Assembly (NCBI GenBank): GCA_963666735.1
Contig: OY762926.1
Coordinates: forward strand, 1,312,001-1,376,000
DNA length: 64,000 nt
Source of the DNA: Gemmatimonadota bacterium
GTDB lineage: Bacteria; Gemmatimonadota; Gemmatimonadetes; Palauibacterales; Palauibacteraceae
Direction of reading: 5' to 3'
The first letter of the stretch is position 1. Each line of letters starts with the position of its first letter. The notes below the pieces were generated by a model. That model ran no database searches, was not told the origin of the DNA, and was given only the letters and a program-made list of their open reading frames with translations. Below are positions 33,301 through 45,857 of this stretch, in pieces. Both the position numbers and the translations under genes were made by a program.

Positions 33301-33474
33301 CCCACGGCGGATCAAGTGTACCGGATCGACCGGGCCTGGGAAGCGCTCCCGCCGGTCGCGGAGCGGATTAACGCGCTCCTGGCCGGAAGCATGCCGGCGC
33401 TGGAAGCTCTGCTGGGCGACCTCGGGGTGATGCCGGATCTGGGCGACCCGATTCGCATCCCGCCGCGGCATTGA
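30328..33474 (+). CDS. Secreted VPS10/BNR (Asp-box) repeat beta-propeller protein, glycosyl-hydrolase-like
   Basis: GGAGG RBS, signal peptide, FRELGPAIMGGRV, many S/TxDGGxTW repeats, GTHGRSIWILDDI. Confidence 0.88.
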   Translation: MAFHSKFQRFSRLLVSLLLPLALATALPRTTQGQSASERAADAASVLEFRELGPAIMGGRVADLAVVESDPRIFYVGLGAGGVWKTTNDGMTWDPVFDDQPTASVGAVSVAPSNPNHVWVGTGEPANRQSSPWGVGVFKSTDAGGTWTHVGLEDTRHISRIRIDPRDPGVVYVGAMGHLWGPNEERGLFKTTDGGATWENILHIDEHTGIIDLVMDHNDPNTLFAATYQRQRTGFGFAAGGGGSGLWRTTDGGESWTRLEEGLPEGELGRIGLDIYRRDGNLVYAIVEAHEGQGVYRSTDRGETWEFMSDRNPRPMYFSLIRIDPNNPERIYLGGVQSSASDDGGRTWWPGNATDQIHSDHHALWINPDNSNHLINGNDGGLAFSRDGSVTWRSIRNMAIGQFYEIDVDMSDPYNVCGGLQDNGNWCAPHRTQSTWGVRNREWTHMWFGDGFHNHSDPEDPNIMFSESQGGNMARIDVATREGQSIRPFPRPAGDEAEDDEPRRYRFNWDSPFAISRHDRGTIYLGGNHLFRSRDRGGNWEEASPDLTKQIDRDTLEIMGRVVTDETLSDNDGIASYGNITAFAESKHSPGALYVGTDDGNLQVTLDGGATWTNVIDQVPGVPPRTYVSRLETSHAVDGRVYVTFDGHRNDDYAPYAYASEDHGTTWRQIAAGLPDGWSVNVIREHPRNPDLLFLGNEVGVYVSIDRGESWARMVNNLPTVPVDDIAIHPRENDLVVGTHGRSIWILDDITPLEEMSADVFASDFRLFGARRGTMWSMGMDWPFQPATFIAPNPPAGMPLRYYLGDGVDSDGASLEILDGGEVVRTMDAAGEAGLNEVLWDFRVDPAFDVDGGGGGFSRGPPPGAGPRVLPGTYTVRLTVGGESQETEVGVRLDPRREASRVALVARQDAMMRAHALAGPVRDARQRIGTMNGRLDEIKALLDDAEMDDADRERIEAMAEEISGELEEIDDDLADAAGGTGISQMEGWSGEPTADQVYRIDRAWEALPPVAERINALLAGSMPALEALLGDLGVMPDLGDPIRIPPRH

Positions 33475-33556
33475 CGCAGGGGGAGCGGCGGGCCGTCGGC
33501 GGGCGGCCCGTCGCCGCGCGGCGCCGGGAGCCTGGCAGACGCAGGCGGACCGCGCC

Positions 33557-36085
33557 TTGAGCGAACGCGCGCCGCAGCCGGCCACGGCGAGCATCGCCGT
33601 CATCGGGGCCGGCATCGTCGGCAGCTGCCTCGTCGAGCACCTCGCGCGGCGGGGCTGGGACGATCTCCTCCTCATCGACAAGGGGCCGCTGCCCGACCCC
33701 GGCGGCTCCACCGGTCACGCATCGAACTTCATCTTCCCCACCGACCACAACCGCGAGGTCGCCATGCTGACGCTGGAGAGCCAGCGGCAGTACGAGGCGC
33801 TCGGGGTGCAGACGACGTGCGGCGGCGCCGAGGTCGCCCGCACGGAGGCCCGCATGGAAGAACTGCGGCGCCGCATGACCTCGGCGCGCGCCTGGGGCAT
33901 CGACGCCGAGCTCCTCGCGCCGGGGGAAGTGGCCGAACGGATCCCGTTCGTGAACCCCGACGTCATATTGGGCGGCTTCTGGATGTCCTCCGTGTCCGTG
34001 GTCGACGCCGTCAGAGCCGGTACCCTTATGCGGGAGCGGGCCCTGTCCCGCGGCGCGCTCACGATCCTGGACAACACCGAGGTGACGGGATTCGAGGTCG
34101 ACCCCCGGCCCTTCGGGCGCCCGCGCCTGCAAGCCGTCCTCACGGCGCGCGGCCGCATCGAGGTCCGGCACGCCGTCATCGCGTGCGGCGTGTGGAGTCC
34201 ACGCATCGCGGAACTGGCCGGCGCCTCGATTCCGCTCACGCCGGCCGTCCACCAGATGGCGGACTTCGGCCCCATCGACCTCCTGCGCGCGACCGGCAAC
34301 GAGATCGGCTACCCCATCGTGCGCGACATGGACGCGTTCATGTACGAGCGCCAGAAGTACGAGGCGATGGAGGTCGGATCGTACGCGCACCGCCCCATCC
34401 TCGTGCGCCCCGGGGAGATCCCCTCGCGCGAGGCCTCGGAACGTTCGCCCACGGAGATGCCGTTCACGGGGGACGACTTCGCGCCGCAACTCGCGCAGGC
34501 GCGCGAGATCATGGGAGGACTGATCGAGGGCACGGAGATGGGATACGCGATCAACGGCCTCCTCTCCCTCACGCCCGACGCCCATCCGGTGCTGGGGGAA
34601 ACCGCCGAAGTCGCGAACCTGTGGTCGGCAGCGGCGGTGTGGATCAAGGAGGGCCCGGGCGCGGCGCGGCTCCTCGCCGAGTGGATCACCCACGGCCATC
34701 CCCGCCTGTGCGACCCGCACGAGTCGGACGTCACCCGGTTCCAGCCGCACGAGCGGACGCACGGGCATATCCGGGCCCGCGCCCGCGAGCACTTCAACAA
34801 GACGTACGGGATCGTACACCCGCGCGAGCAGTGGGAATCCTGCCGCGGCGCGCACCGCTCGGCGCTCCACGCCCACACCGAGGCCCTGGGGGCCGTGTAC
34901 TACGAGGCCCGCGGGTGGGAGCGTCCGCAGTGGTACGAGTCGAACGCGAAGCTCGCGGAACGATACGGCGTCCCGGATCGGCCGCACGAATGGGATCGCC
35001 GGTGGTGGTCTCCCATCATCGAGGCGGAACACCTGCACCTGCGCGAGAAGGCCGGCGTCGTCGACCTGGGCGCGTTCCAGATCTTCGACGTGACGGGCCC
35101 CGGGGCGCTCGCCTACCTGGAGCGGCTGGCGGCCAACGCGTGCGACCGGCCGCCGGGGACGTCCATCTACACGCCGCTGCTGACGCCGGACGGCGGCTTC
35201 AGGGCCGACCTCACCATCCAGAGGCTGGCGGCGGACCATTTCCGCGTCGTGACCGGCGCCTTTGACGGGGCGCGGGACGCGGCCTGGTTCCGCAAACAGC
35301 TGCCGGAGGATGGCTCCGCCCACTTCGAGGATCAGTCCTCGGAGGTCTGCGCGCTGGGCGTGTGGGGCCCCGCGGCGGAGGCACTGCTGGCGAAGATCTC
35401 CGCTGCGCCCCTCTCGCAGTCCGCGTTCCCGTACGCCTCCGTGCACGACGTCGAGCTGGACGGGATTCCCGTCACCATGTGCCGGATCTCGTATGTCGGG
35501 GAGAGCGGGTGGGAGATCTACGTGGAGGCCGGCCTCGCGACGCGGGCGTGGGACGCCGTATGGAAGGCGGGCCGGGCGTTCGGGCTTCGGCCGGTGGGTG
35601 CCGGCGTCTACGGTACGACGGGCCGCATGGAGAAGGGATACGCGCTCATGGGGGCCGAGCTCACCGCGGAGTATTCGCCGGTGGAAGCGGGTCTGGCGCG
35701 ACCCCGCGTGAAGCAGGCGGATTTCATCGGCCGGGCCGCCTACCTGGAGGCCCGGGAGGCGGGGCCGGCGGCGATGCTCCGCACGCTCACGATGGACGAC
35801 CACGCCGACGCTTCCGGCCTTGCCCGGTTCCCCACCGGAGGCAACGAGCCACTGCTCGGGCCTGACGGGGAGCGCATCGTCGACGCGCGCGGACGGGAAT
35901 CCCGCGTCACGTCGGCGGGGATGGGCCCCTCCGTCGGCAAGTACCTCCTGATGGCGTACCTGCCGCCGGAACTCGCCGCCCCCGGAACGCGCCTCCGGGT
36001 CCTCTACATGAACGAGGCCTTCCCGGTCACCGTGGCGGCCGTTACCGCGCTCTTCGACCCGAGCGGCGCCCGCATGAGATCGTAA
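33557..36085 (+). CDS. Dimethylglycine dehydrogenase/oxidase-like FAD oxidoreductase with GcvT domain
   Basis: VIGAGIVG, GGSTGHAS, GWERPQWY, RISYVGESGWEIY. Confidence 0.88.
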   Translation: MSERAPQPATASIAVIGAGIVGSCLVEHLARRGWDDLLLIDKGPLPDPGGSTGHASNFIFPTDHNREVAMLTLESQRQYEALGVQTTCGGAEVARTEARMEELRRRMTSARAWGIDAELLAPGEVAERIPFVNPDVILGGFWMSSVSVVDAVRAGTLMRERALSRGALTILDNTEVTGFEVDPRPFGRPRLQAVLTARGRIEVRHAVIACGVWSPRIAELAGASIPLTPAVHQMADFGPIDLLRATGNEIGYPIVRDMDAFMYERQKYEAMEVGSYAHRPILVRPGEIPSREASERSPTEMPFTGDDFAPQLAQAREIMGGLIEGTEMGYAINGLLSLTPDAHPVLGETAEVANLWSAAAVWIKEGPGAARLLAEWITHGHPRLCDPHESDVTRFQPHERTHGHIRARAREHFNKTYGIVHPREQWESCRGAHRSALHAHTEALGAVYYEARGWERPQWYESNAKLAERYGVPDRPHEWDRRWWSPIIEAEHLHLREKAGVVDLGAFQIFDVTGPGALAYLERLAANACDRPPGTSIYTPLLTPDGGFRADLTIQRLAADHFRVVTGAFDGARDAAWFRKQLPEDGSAHFEDQSSEVCALGVWGPAAEALLAKISAAPLSQSAFPYASVHDVELDGIPVTMCRISYVGESGWEIYVEAGLATRAWDAVWKAGRAFGLRPVGAGVYGTTGRMEKGYALMGAELTAEYSPVEAGLARPRVKQADFIGRAAYLEAREAGPAAMLRTLTMDDHADASGLARFPTGGNEPLLGPDGERIVDARGRESRVTSAGMGPSVGKYLLMAYLPPELAAPGTRLRVLYMNEAFPVTVAAVTALFDPSGARMRS

Positions 36086-36133
36086 TCCGGGCGGGGTTAC
36101 ATGGTCGCGGCGCGTCCGGCTCCGGGGGTCGGG

Positions 36134-37450
36134 CTACAGGGCCGCGTCGCGCCCCTGGGCCAGGGCCACCTCGCGGGTGCTGGGGTTCGCGGAAGGCCTG
36201 AACGGGACCTCGCAGACGCGGGCCGCGTCGGGCTTGCCCGGCACGCTCGCGTACTCGTCCGGGAGCCACACCGCGAGTTCCGTGCCGATGGCGGAGTCGG
36301 CGGGCGGGACGTACCCGAGCGCGATGTTGCTGCCCAACTCGGGGGCATGCCACGGCGACGTGAGGTATCCGACCGGATCGCCGCCGTCCGCGCGCGACAC
36401 GTGCCAGAAGTCGGGCGCGTAATCGTCGATCGGCGCGCCACCCAGCGTCATCCCCACCATCACGAGGGCGAACGGAGAGCGTCCCGCTTCGACCTCGGCA
36501 CGCTGGCGCTCCAGCGCGACGCGCCCGATGTAGTCGCCCGGTTTCTCGCGCGGCACCTGGTAGGCGAGGTTGCACTGGAACGGACTCGTCTCATGATCCA
36601 TGTCCTGCCCCCACGACAGGATCCCGGCCTGGATTCGGCGCTGATGCCCGGGGGCCGTGACCATCAACTCGTGCGCTTCACCCGCCTCGAGCACGGCTTG
36701 CCACAGCGCTTCCGCGTGCAGGGTCGCGTCCCGCAGGTAGACCTCGTAGCCCTTCTCCCCCGAGAATCCGGTCTGCGAGACCACGACCGAACAGCCGGCG
36801 ATCTCCGCTTCCATGAGCCCGTAGTAGGGCATGTCCCGGACGCCCTCCCCCACGAGATCGGCCATGAGCTCGACCGACCGCGGCCCCTGGATCTGCAGCG
36901 GGCAGACATCGATCTCATCGATCTCCACCCGCAGCCCGAGCCCGACGTTCACCCCCTGCAGCCAGAACAGGAGGTCGGAGTCGGCGAGCGAGAACCAGAA
37001 TTCGTCCTCGGAGAGCCGCAGCAGCACCGGGTCGTTGAGGATGCCGCCGCGCTCGTTGCAGAGGATGACGTACCTCGCGCGCATCGGTTCGATCCGGGTC
37101 GCGTCGCGGGTGATCACATGGTCGGTAAACGCCTCCGCGTCCGGTCCCTTGACGCGAATCTGCCGCTCCACGGCGACGTTCCACACCGTGACGCGATTGG
37201 TGAGCGCCTCGTGTTCGACCGCCGCTCCTCCCTCCTCGGGCCGCGCGTAGCCCCGCGGGTGGTAGATGCGGTTGTAGACGGTGGCCCGCCAGCAACCCGC
37301 CGCGTGCGACAGGTGCCAGTAGGGCGATTTCCGGACCCGGGTGGAGATGAGCATCTCGACCGGCGTCCGCCCGCTCTGCCGCAGGTTGATGGGGACGATG
37401 CGGTCCGACTGGTCCACGCTCGCGGGCTGGCCCGCTCCCGTTGTCGCCAT
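36134..37450 (-). CDS. GcvT/aminomethyltransferase-family folate-dependent demethylase
   Basis: WNVAVERQI, NDPVLLRL, QGP, SQTGFSGEKGYEVY. Confidence 0.85.
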   Translation of the reverse strand: MATTGAGQPASVDQSDRIVPINLRQSGRTPVEMLISTRVRKSPYWHLSHAAGCWRATVYNRIYHPRGYARPEEGGAAVEHEALTNRVTVWNVAVERQIRVKGPDAEAFTDHVITRDATRIEPMRARYVILCNERGGILNDPVLLRLSEDEFWFSLADSDLLFWLQGVNVGLGLRVEIDEIDVCPLQIQGPRSVELMADLVGEGVRDMPYYGLMEAEIAGCSVVVSQTGFSGEKGYEVYLRDATLHAEALWQAVLEAGEAHELMVTAPGHQRRIQAGILSWGQDMDHETSPFQCNLAYQVPREKPGDYIGRVALERQRAEVEAGRSPFALVMVGMTLGGAPIDDYAPDFWHVSRADGGDPVGYLTSPWHAPELGSNIALGYVPPADSAIGTELAVWLPDEYASVPGKPDAARVCEVPFRPSANPSTREVALAQGRDAAL

Positions 37451-37512
37451 CGAACATCCTCTCGTTCTGAGGTGCCGGGTGGGACCGGGCCTCCCGCCGG
37501 TGACAGTCTTCG

Positions 37513-37773
37513 CTAACGATAGACGTCACCGCGGTGCCCGACCTTCAGGATGATGATGATCAGGGTCTTCGTGCCGACGCTGTACAGAACCCGGTAAGGC
37601 CCCACGCGCACGCGAAAGACACCCTCGTAGCCCGTGAGCTTTCTCGTTCCCTTCGGGAACGGGTCGCGCGCCAGACTCGACATCCCGTGCGCCACCCGCT
37701 GCCGATCCGCATGGGGGAGCTTGCGCAGCTGCTTCTCCGCCGTTCGCGAGATCTCGATCTCATAACGAGCCAT
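37513..37773 (-). CDS. RelE/ParE-family toxin
   Basis: AEKQLRKL...KLTGYEGVFRVRVGPYRVLY...KVGHRGDVYR. Confidence 0.9.
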   Translation of the reverse strand: MARYEIEISRTAEKQLRKLPHADRQRVAHGMSSLARDPFPKGTRKLTGYEGVFRVRVGPYRVLYSVGTKTLIIIILKVGHRGDVYR

Positions 37774-37984
37774 CGAGGCCGAGTTCTCCGAGGACGTCTG
37801 CCAGCGGGCGAGTGGGTTCGTGCCTGATCTTCTTCAGATCCTCGATGTCTTCAAGTTCCTCGAGACGGTCGAGCAACGCTTCCTGCACGAAGTGATTGAT
37901 GGCCACGCCCCGCGGCCGGCAGTATCCCTCCACCGCGTCCTTCACCACCGCATCCACGCGGACGTTGATCTGCACTTTTTCCAT
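37760..37984 (-). CDS. Ribbon-helix-helix antitoxin
   Basis: QINVRVD...FVQEALLDRLEELEDIEDL; overlaps the toxin start. Confidence 0.8.
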   Translation of the reverse strand: MEKVQINVRVDAVVKDAVEGYCRPRGVAINHFVQEALLDRLEELEDIEDLKKIRHEPTRPLADVLGELGLDGSL

Positions 37985-38016
37985 CGTATCCCCTCATTTC
38001 GGCGGACACGCAGGGT

Positions 38017-38042
38017 TCCATGATAGCAATTGCTATCATGGA
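38017..38042. promoter_or_regulatory. Perfect 26-bp palindrome, likely TA autoregulatory operator
   Basis: TCCATGATAGCAATTGCTATCATGGA, about 33 bp upstream of the antitoxin ATG. Confidence 0.75.
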
Positions 38043-38081
38043 GAACAATCGCAGTCGCCCGAGGGTGATCCCGGATGGGCC

Positions 38082-39215
38082 CTAAGCGCTCTTCCAGTCC
38101 GCCAGGATCTGCGCGTCGCGGTCGAGGTTCAACTGAAGCTCCGCGCGGCGCTCCTCGGGTTCGCTCAGGAACCAATCGAGCGTCTCGCGCGCGGTCACCG
38201 CGAGCGGCCGGAAACGCAGCCCCGCCTCGACGCCCCGGTGCGACCGGACGCGCGCCAGCGCTCTCGCGCGGCCGTTCACCGAGTACCAGAGCGGGAAGCG
38301 CGCCGGCGGTTCGCGGTTCGCAAGGAAGTCCTCGTCCACCCACGTGAACGACACCCGGGACGTAGTGATGCCGCGGATCCCGTACAGGAACTCGTCCATC
38401 CGCGTCTCGTCGAGCGTCGGACCCGCCACGTTGAAGATGCCGCCCGTGTTCTCCTCCAGCAGGCGCACGCAGAACTCCGCCAGGTCCCGCACGTCGATGA
38501 ACTGCACGGGGTTGTCCATCTTGCCCGGCGCGATCACCTCGCCGCCGCGATGGATCCGGACCGGCCAGTATGTGAAGCGGCCGGTGGGGTCTCCCGGCCC
38601 CGCAACGACGTGCAGTCGGGTGACCGTGCCGCGGTCCCCGTAGATCTCCCGCACCGCCTCCTCGCACATCACCTTCAGCTCTCCGTAGTAGCGTCCCACG
38701 TCCTCGCTCTCGGGATCCGTCACCTCGAGCAGGCGGGCATCTTCCGGCAGTTCGTCCTGGGCGAAATCGTATACCGAGCCGGTGGAGGTGAACAGGTATC
38801 GGCCGACGGCGTCGCGCAGGAGGTTGCCCGAGTCGCGCACCAGGCGCGGCACGTAGCCGCTGTTGTCGATGACGTAGTCCCATTCCTTCCCGCGCAGCGC
38901 GTCGAGCGCGCCGTCGCGGTCGCCGATGAGGGTCTCGACCCCGGGGAAGAGATCGGGGTTCGTGCGTCCGCGGTTGAAGAGGGTGACCTCGTGGCCGCGC
39001 GCGAGGGCGTGGCGTACCATGTGAGGGCCGATGAAGCCGGTGCCGCCCAGAATGAGCAGCCGACCGGACCGGGCCACACCTTCGCCGGTGGCGCCTTCGG
39101 AATCGGTCGAGGGCCGGGGCTCCCCCGCGCCTGCGGCCGCCCCGGCGGCCGGGAGTGCCGCCGCCCCCGCGACGGCGAGCGAAGTCCCCGCGAATTCACG
39201 TCGCGTCATCGTCAT
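38082..39215 (-). CDS. Tat-exported NAD-dependent epimerase/dehydratase (atypical SDR)
   Basis: MTMTRREF Tat motif, LILGGTGFIG, YGELK, QFIDVRDLA. Confidence 0.85.
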   Translation of the reverse strand: MTMTRREFAGTSLAVAGAAALPAAGAAAGAGEPRPSTDSEGATGEGVARSGRLLILGGTGFIGPHMVRHALARGHEVTLFNRGRTNPDLFPGVETLIGDRDGALDALRGKEWDYVIDNSGYVPRLVRDSGNLLRDAVGRYLFTSTGSVYDFAQDELPEDARLLEVTDPESEDVGRYYGELKVMCEEAVREIYGDRGTVTRLHVVAGPGDPTGRFTYWPVRIHRGGEVIAPGKMDNPVQFIDVRDLAEFCVRLLEENTGGIFNVAGPTLDETRMDEFLYGIRGITTSRVSFTWVDEDFLANREPPARFPLWYSVNGRARALARVRSHRGVEAGLRFRPLAVTARETLDWFLSEPEERRAELQLNLDRDAQILADWKSA

Positions 39216-39298
39216 CGGATGTCCTCCTGTCCGTCGCTGCGCGTTCCCGCTGGAACGCCGGGATGTCGCCGCCTGGCCAGCCGGCGGTTGAAGACCGC

Positions 39299-40483
39299 TC
39301 AGGATCGCATCTCGCCTAGCGCCTCGCCAAGCAGGGCAATGTCCGCCTCGAACGACTCCGGGGCGAGGGGGCCGAAGGAGAAGCGGAAGAAGCTCGACAG
39401 CGGCGAGTCGTCGCCGAGGCGCTCCATGTCGCAGTCGGTACCCTTGAGAATCGCGGCCCCGCGCGTGAAGAGGCGCTCGTTCAGCTGCTGGGCGGTCCAG
39501 CCGTGCGGAAGCCGGCACCAGTGGTAGAAGCCGCCGTCGCCCGAAAAGAGCTCGAGGCCGAGATCTTCGAAGGCCCGGCCGTAGCGCTCACGCTGCATGG
39601 CGTAGAAGGCGGGGACGGCCGCCCGGACGTGGAGCATGCGCTCGGGGTCCAGGAGTTCGACCGCGTAGCACTGTGACGGGTGGGACACGCCGCCCATCCC
39701 GAACGAGGAGAAGTTCGCGAGCACTTCGATGTGCCGCTTCGCCGCCACGGCCCACCCGATGCGGATGCCGGGCGCCTGCAGACCCTTCGTGGCGGCGCCG
39801 ACGACGAACAGGTTGCCGCGCTCGATGTCGTCCACGTGCGCGAGAGCGCTCACCGGCTCGTCGTGGAGAAGCTCGTAGGCCTCGTCGACGAGGAGCCCCA
39901 GGCCGTCCTGCGCGCTGGCCGCGACGAGCGCCGCGAGTTCCTCCCCGGTCCGCGTCGCGCCGGTCGGATTGCACGGATTGCTCAGCAGCATCAGGGTGCG
40001 CCCCTCCCGCGGAGCCGTGTAGGCCGCGACCGGGGGCCGGAACCCGTTGTCCACGCCGCTGTGCAAGAGATGGTAGGGGCGGCGCAGCCGCTCGAGGACA
40101 TCGTAGTACGGAGTGTATTCCGTCGACGCCAGGCGAACCTCGATATCGGGTTCGAGGAAGAGGAGGAGCGCCACGATCGCGGGACGCCCGCCCGCGAACA
40201 CCATCACGTTCTCGGCCGTGATCTCGACACCGTACGACTGCCGGTAGTACCCCGCGATCGCCTCTCTCAGCGCCGGGAGCCCCCACGCCTTGGGGTATTT
40301 GCGGTGCTCGGAGGTCACCGTCACGGTTGACGGAAGCGGCGGGCCGTCCGGCAGGGCGACGGTCCGCGGGAACCCCTGGCTCCACGGGTTCGTGCCGGGC
40401 TCGCCCATGTAGGTGCCGAACGCCCCCAGGAAGGCGTAGAGCGTCTCGTAGATGCCCATCGGGGGCATGTATCTCAGGTACAA
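39299..40483 (-). CDS. PLP-dependent aminotransferase class I/II
   Basis: SNPCNPTG, VDEAY, TKGLQAPGIRIGW. Confidence 0.88.
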   Translation of the reverse strand: MYLRYMPPMGIYETLYAFLGAFGTYMGEPGTNPWSQGFPRTVALPDGPPLPSTVTVTSEHRKYPKAWGLPALREAIAGYYRQSYGVEITAENVMVFAGGRPAIVALLLFLEPDIEVRLASTEYTPYYDVLERLRRPYHLLHSGVDNGFRPPVAAYTAPREGRTLMLLSNPCNPTGATRTGEELAALVAASAQDGLGLLVDEAYELLHDEPVSALAHVDDIERGNLFVVGAATKGLQAPGIRIGWAVAAKRHIEVLANFSSFGMGGVSHPSQCYAVELLDPERMLHVRAAVPAFYAMQRERYGRAFEDLGLELFSGDGGFYHWCRLPHGWTAQQLNERLFTRGAAILKGTDCDMERLGDDSPLSSFFRFSFGPLAPESFEADIALLGEALGEMRS

Positions 40484-40546
40484 GCGGGTCGCTCCTTCCG
40501 GTTGGCGGCGCGCGGCAAGGGATGGCCGGGCGCGGTCAGGACATGA

Positions 40547-40990
40547 TCAGGAGGTCGGCGATGCCTCCACGGTGAGCGTCATGAGCATCCCGCGGCTGTC
40601 GTGGCCGGCGACATCGCACACCACGGTGTAGCTCCCGGGAGCAAGGTCGAGTTCTACCAGGCGAACCTCCCCGGTATTCACGTCCGTCTCGGTCTCCCAG
40701 AGAAGCTCTCCGCTCGCCGGGTCCACGAGCTTGAGGTTGTGCATTTCGAAGCCCTGGTTACTGAGGCGGAGCACCGTGGGGCCGGCCGGCAGCCGCGACG
40801 GCATGCCGATCGCGTACTCGAGCAGGGCCACGTCGACCGCCTCGACGGCGTACACGGCCGACAGATCCGGCTCCGAGGCGGCGCCGGCCGCTCCCGGCGC
40901 GGCGGCCGCGCGGGCCGACTCGGCCCTCGCATCCGCGGACTCCCCTTCTCCGCCGCATCCGAACGCGAGTACCGCGGCGGCGATGGGCAT
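40547..40990 (-). CDS. Cupredoxin-domain lipoprotein (start uncertain)
   Basis: AFGC lipobox; HN...C-x3-GH-x3-GM type-1 copper ligand pattern. Confidence 0.7.
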   Translation of the reverse strand: MPIAAAVLAFGCGGEGESADARAESARAAAAPGAAGAASEPDLSAVYAVEAVDVALLEYAIGMPSRLPAGPTVLRLSNQGFEMHNLKLVDPASGELLWETETDVNTGEVRLVELDLAPGSYTVVCDVAGHDSRGMLMTLTVEASPTS

Positions 40991-41040
40991 GCCACGACGA
41001 CGCGCCGGCGGCAGCACGGTCCGCCTCGCTGCCGGCGATC

Positions 41041-44418
<3,378 letters not shown>

Positions 44419-44425
44419 CCGGGGC

Positions 44426-45055
44426 TCACTGGGTTACATGGCGCGCCCGGCGTCCGGCCCAGGCGCGCTCGACTTGGTGTCGGATCGTTTCCGGCACGAG
44501 GAGGTGGACCGAACGCCCATCCTCGAGGCGCTGCCGGATCCGGCTCGCCGAGATATCCACTCGCGTGACGTGGGCGACAACATACTCGATCGGCATCGAT
44601 TCCGGGGAGGGCGCGGGCTCTCCGCCGCCCCGCGGCATCACCGCAATGCGGGCCAACTCCGGAAGCCGGCGCCAGCGTTCCCAGCGGTGGATCGCCGCGA
44701 ACTGGTCCGCGCCCATCGCGAGGACGAGCCGGTCGGCGGGAAAGCGCCGCGCGAGGGCTTCAAGCGTGTCCACCGTGTAGGAGGGACCGGCCCGCTCGAT
44801 CTCCATCGGGCTGACCTCGATGCCGGGCAGATCCGCAAAGGCCCGGCGCGTGAGGTCGAGGCGCACGTGGGCGGAGAGCGTAACCTCCCGGTGCGGTGGA
44901 TCGCCCGCGGGAATCACGAGCAGCCGGTCGAGGCGCAGCTCTTCGAGGAGATCGCGCGCCACCGAGACATGGCCCGCGTGCGGAGGATCGAAGCTCCCGC
45001 CGAGGATGCCCGTCCGGCGGCCGCCCGCCGGGACTTCAACGCGGGGACTCGACAT
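44426..45055 (-). CDS. nadD: Nicotinate-nucleotide adenylyltransferase
   Basis: GGSFDPPHAGH, SYTVDTL, ISASRIR. Confidence 0.93.
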   Translation of the reverse strand: MSSPRVEVPAGGRRTGILGGSFDPPHAGHVSVARDLLEELRLDRLLVIPAGDPPHREVTLSAHVRLDLTRRAFADLPGIEVSPMEIERAGPSYTVDTLEALARRFPADRLVLAMGADQFAAIHRWERWRRLPELARIAVMPRGGGEPAPSPESMPIEYVVAHVTRVDISASRIRQRLEDGRSVHLLVPETIRHQVERAWAGRRARHVTQ

Positions 45056-45857
45056 CCCCCGCCGGATCCTCCGCCGCCGCCGGGTCTTCGTCCGCCAGCA
45101 GCAACCGCGCTTCCTCCGAATCGGGAAACTCCGACAGCAGCCTCCCCCGGATGACGCCGGCCTCGGTTTCGTACCCCACGACACGGTAACTTCGATACAA
45201 CCGCAAGAGGAGATCCGGCAGGAATTCCCCGGTCGGCTCCTCCGCCAGCGATTTTTCGAAGTAGACGATCGCGGATTCCGCCAGTCTCCGGCGATCCTGA
45301 TAGTACTTCCCGATTTCGTAGCTCTTCTCGGCCAGCTTCGCCCGCGCGTCCGCCATCAGGCCTTCGGCCTGCTCCCGGAAGGGGGTCGTCGGGAAGAATT
45401 GCAACAGACGCTGGCATTCCTCGAGGGCCCGCCGGGTGAACTCCTGGGAGAGAGTGACCCGGGGCGAGGCCGCGAGGTAGGCCCGGCACAGCCCCAGCTG
45501 CGCGTCGTCCGCGAGGGGACTGTTGGGCCGGTTCGTGGCCATGCGCCGGAACTCCTCCACGGCGTCGAGCTCGTTGCCCGCCCGGAGCTGCCCCTCGGCA
45601 GCGAGGTACTGCGCGCTGTCGACGAGCGGATTCAGGGGATCTCGAACCATGAAGGCGAGGAAGCCCTCGGCCGCCCTGCGATATTCTTCGGCGTCGAACC
45701 GATCCTGCGCCCACTGGAAGAGATCCGGCGGCTCGAGATCGCCCGGGGGGCCGGAACTCGAGCAACCCGCGAGCATGAGGACCGCGGCGGCGAGCGCCGT
45801 GCGGAGGGCATCGCGAGCCCTCCCGGTGGGGCCCCTCATTCCGGTTGTGCCGCTCAT
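45036..45857 (-). CDS. bamD: Outer-membrane assembly lipoprotein BamD
   Basis: LAGC lipobox, TPR repeats, LAEKSYEIGKYY. Confidence 0.82.
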   Translation of the reverse strand: MSGTTGMRGPTGRARDALRTALAAAVLMLAGCSSSGPPGDLEPPDLFQWAQDRFDAEEYRRAAEGFLAFMVRDPLNPLVDSAQYLAAEGQLRAGNELDAVEEFRRMATNRPNSPLADDAQLGLCRAYLAASPRVTLSQEFTRRALEECQRLLQFFPTTPFREQAEGLMADARAKLAEKSYEIGKYYQDRRRLAESAIVYFEKSLAEEPTGEFLPDLLLRLYRSYRVVGYETEAGVIRGRLLSEFPDSEEARLLLADEDPAAAEDPAGDVESPR

